Origin: Thermoanaerobaculia bacterium
GTDB taxonomy: Bacteria; Acidobacteriota; Thermoanaerobaculia; UBA5066
Direction of reading: 5' to 3'
Assembly: GCA_022071945.1 (NCBI GenBank)
Contig: JAJVIN010000029.1
Span: forward strand, 390-64,389
DNA: 64,000 nucleotides
A program made the position numbers and the translations under genes. How positions within the stretch are numbered: the stretch's first letter is position 1; each line of letters starts with the position of its first letter. Shown in pieces: positions 62,850 through 64,000 of this stretch. Under the pieces are notes generated by a model, which was given only the letters and a program-made list of their open reading frames with translations, was not told the DNA's origin and did not search any database.

Positions 62850-63302
62850 TTACGCTTTTCCTCTCCTCTCGGCCCCCGCCAGCGGGTCGATCAGGGGAAC
62901 GCCTGGAAAACGTGAGAAGTCACTATCCACTGTATGCACGATGCCTCGGTTTTCCAGTGCATAGGCAGAAATCTGAGCATCAGTCGTGAGATCACGGGTG
63001 GTCCCCGCAGTCCGGAGCAGGTCGAATGCTATCTTGACGTGACGCGGTCCGGGGCGCAACACGTGCAGGCTCGGAAGTGTCAGCCATTCTTCAACGATAG
63101 TCGTTGCCTGTTGTAGGCTCATGGGCCGCACAAATACGCGCCGATTGGTCGCGATCCGAACGAAACCAAATAGTACCGGAGGGGCGATCCCCACCGGTTC
63201 CCCCCGCTCCGCGATTCCTTCCCACCAGCGTCTAGCCGCCTCGTGCATCGGAAACACGGAAAAATAGGCGAAGAGAAGCAGGTTGATGTCAGGAACGATC
63301 AT
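62850..63302 (-). CDS. vapC: PIN-domain toxin VapC
   Basis: 150 aa. PIN acidic residues (IVPDINLL ... D ... TVDSDF). Confidence 0.8.
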   Translation of the reverse strand: MIVPDINLLLFAYFSVFPMHEAARRWWEGIAERGEPVGIAPPVLFGFVRIATNRRVFVRPMSLQQATTIVEEWLTLPSLHVLRPGPRHVKIAFDLLRTAGTTRDLTTDAQISAYALENRGIVHTVDSDFSRFPGVPLIDPLAGAERRGKA

Positions 63303-63555
63303 GGGACGTTGCGCATCCCCGCGAGAACGGCTTCATCCTCGATTTCGTCCGCGAGTTGATTGAACCCTCGCGGGTCGATCCCAGCCTGCAAAGGGCTGAA
63401 ATGCGGCTCGACACGCAACAGCGGTCGCGGCCCACTGGACCGGAGACCTCTGCGTAACGCGTCGTTGATCACATCCTTCAAGCTGCTGTGCTCCCGTTCC
63501 ATCACTTCCCGCAGAAGCTGCGCCACATCGGGTTCCAGCGTGAGAGTCGTTCTCA
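63299..63555 (-). CDS. vapB: VapB-type antitoxin (small DNA-binding protein)
   Basis: Start MRTTLTLEPDVAQLLREVME at 63555. 4-nt ATGA overlap with vapC. The ORF-track upstream extension to 63922 is non-protein-like. Confidence 0.65.
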
Positions 63556-63807
63556 TGTAGACATCTTGATTCTGGGTTTTCCTGATGTCAAGATGTCTCA
63601 CCCGGGGGGCTCCGCGCGGGTCCTCCTCTATCGGCATCAGCCCTGCCGTGACCTTGGCCCGGGCGAGGGATTGTCCGGGGAAGCTCTCTCCGAGCTTCAT
63701 TCTGTTACATACCGCGGCGAACGCAGAAGGTTCGAGCGGTCCAGTGGGATGTGGACAGAATGGGAAGTGGGCCGGGTCGCGCGCGAGGAGTGACGGAGCA
63801 GATACGG

Positions 63808-64000
63808 AGCGTCTCTCAGGCCTCCTCGGCCTTCTCCCGGTGCGAGTCCCAGTAGACGAAGGCCGAGAGCACGAGGAAGGCCCCGAGCCCGAGCCAGTTC
63901 CCCCAGCTCGAAAGCCAGGCACCCATTCCCAGGGCCGTCAGCTTCGTCAGGTCGGGAATGATCGTCACACGGAAACTGTCCTCGAGGAACTTCAAGAGGG
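63808..64000 (-). CDS. C-terminal end of a membrane protein gene (5' part beyond window)
   Basis: Minus-strand frame ends ...GMGAWLSSWGNWLGLGAFLVLSAFVYWDSHREKAEEA-stop at 63808. Hydrophobic TM-like segment. Confidence 0.35.

Noticed and set aside
63556-63922. Upstream extension of the vapB ORF to 207 aa (63299..63922 -)
   Set aside because: The extension (MPGFRAGGTGSGSGPSSCSRPSS...) is low-complexity and not protein-like. The antitoxin starts at the internal MRTTLTLEPD with a 4-nt overlap to vapC.

Overview
High-GC (~68%) chromosomal segment, most likely from an Acidobacteria-type soil bacterium: it carries a GWxTD protein, a DUF1549/DUF1553 + DUF1501 pair, an ELWxxDGT-repeat surface protein and many secreted beta-rich proteins. 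Coding density is high and no rRNA, tRNA, CRISPR array, transposase or integrase was recognised.

Main functional blocks, in window order:
1. A DUF1501/DUF1549-DUF1553 pair.
2. A Hanks-type Ser/Thr kinase fused to a C-terminal receiver-like domain.
3. A glycogen module: GH57 branching-enzyme-like gene plus alpha-glucan phosphorylase.
4. A stand-alone Ser/Thr kinase divergent from a TerC membrane protein.
5. A nitric-oxide response module: norR, then a sigma-54 promoter driving ric and quinol-type NO reductase norZ. norZ carries an in-frame 15-nt tandem repeat.
6. A cell-surface block: GT-C-like membrane protein, a 1596-aa ELWxxDGT/Ig/Fn3/SLH surface protein translationally coupled to a patatin-like lipase.
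7. Alpha/beta hydrolase + TetR, then MOSC, SYLF and SGNH-Ig secreted proteins, then an NHL-type beta-propeller protein.
8. A nine-gene-long minus-strand lipid/polyketide operon: acyl-CoA dehydrogenase, a 3023-aa PfaA-like PKS (KS-AT-ACPx4-KR-DH), Sfp-type PPTase, and a three-subunit acyl-CoA carboxylase (CT, BC, BCCP). No pfaB/C/D are present in the window.
9. A fused MFS/spermidine-synthase/TPR protein, a large hypothetical membrane protein, and a GWxTD protein.
10. A signalling/stress group: GAF-GGDEF, Hsp20 with a highly palindromic leader, and a cNMP-binding protein.
11. A secreted esterase, a decayed segment with gene remnants, an SRPBCC-rhodanese fusion, vapBC, and a partial membrane-protein gene at the window end.

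Most long antisense ORFs in the track are high-GC artefacts. Several true genes start inside the listed ORFs at internal ATG/GTG/TTG codons with good Shine-Dalgarno sequences.
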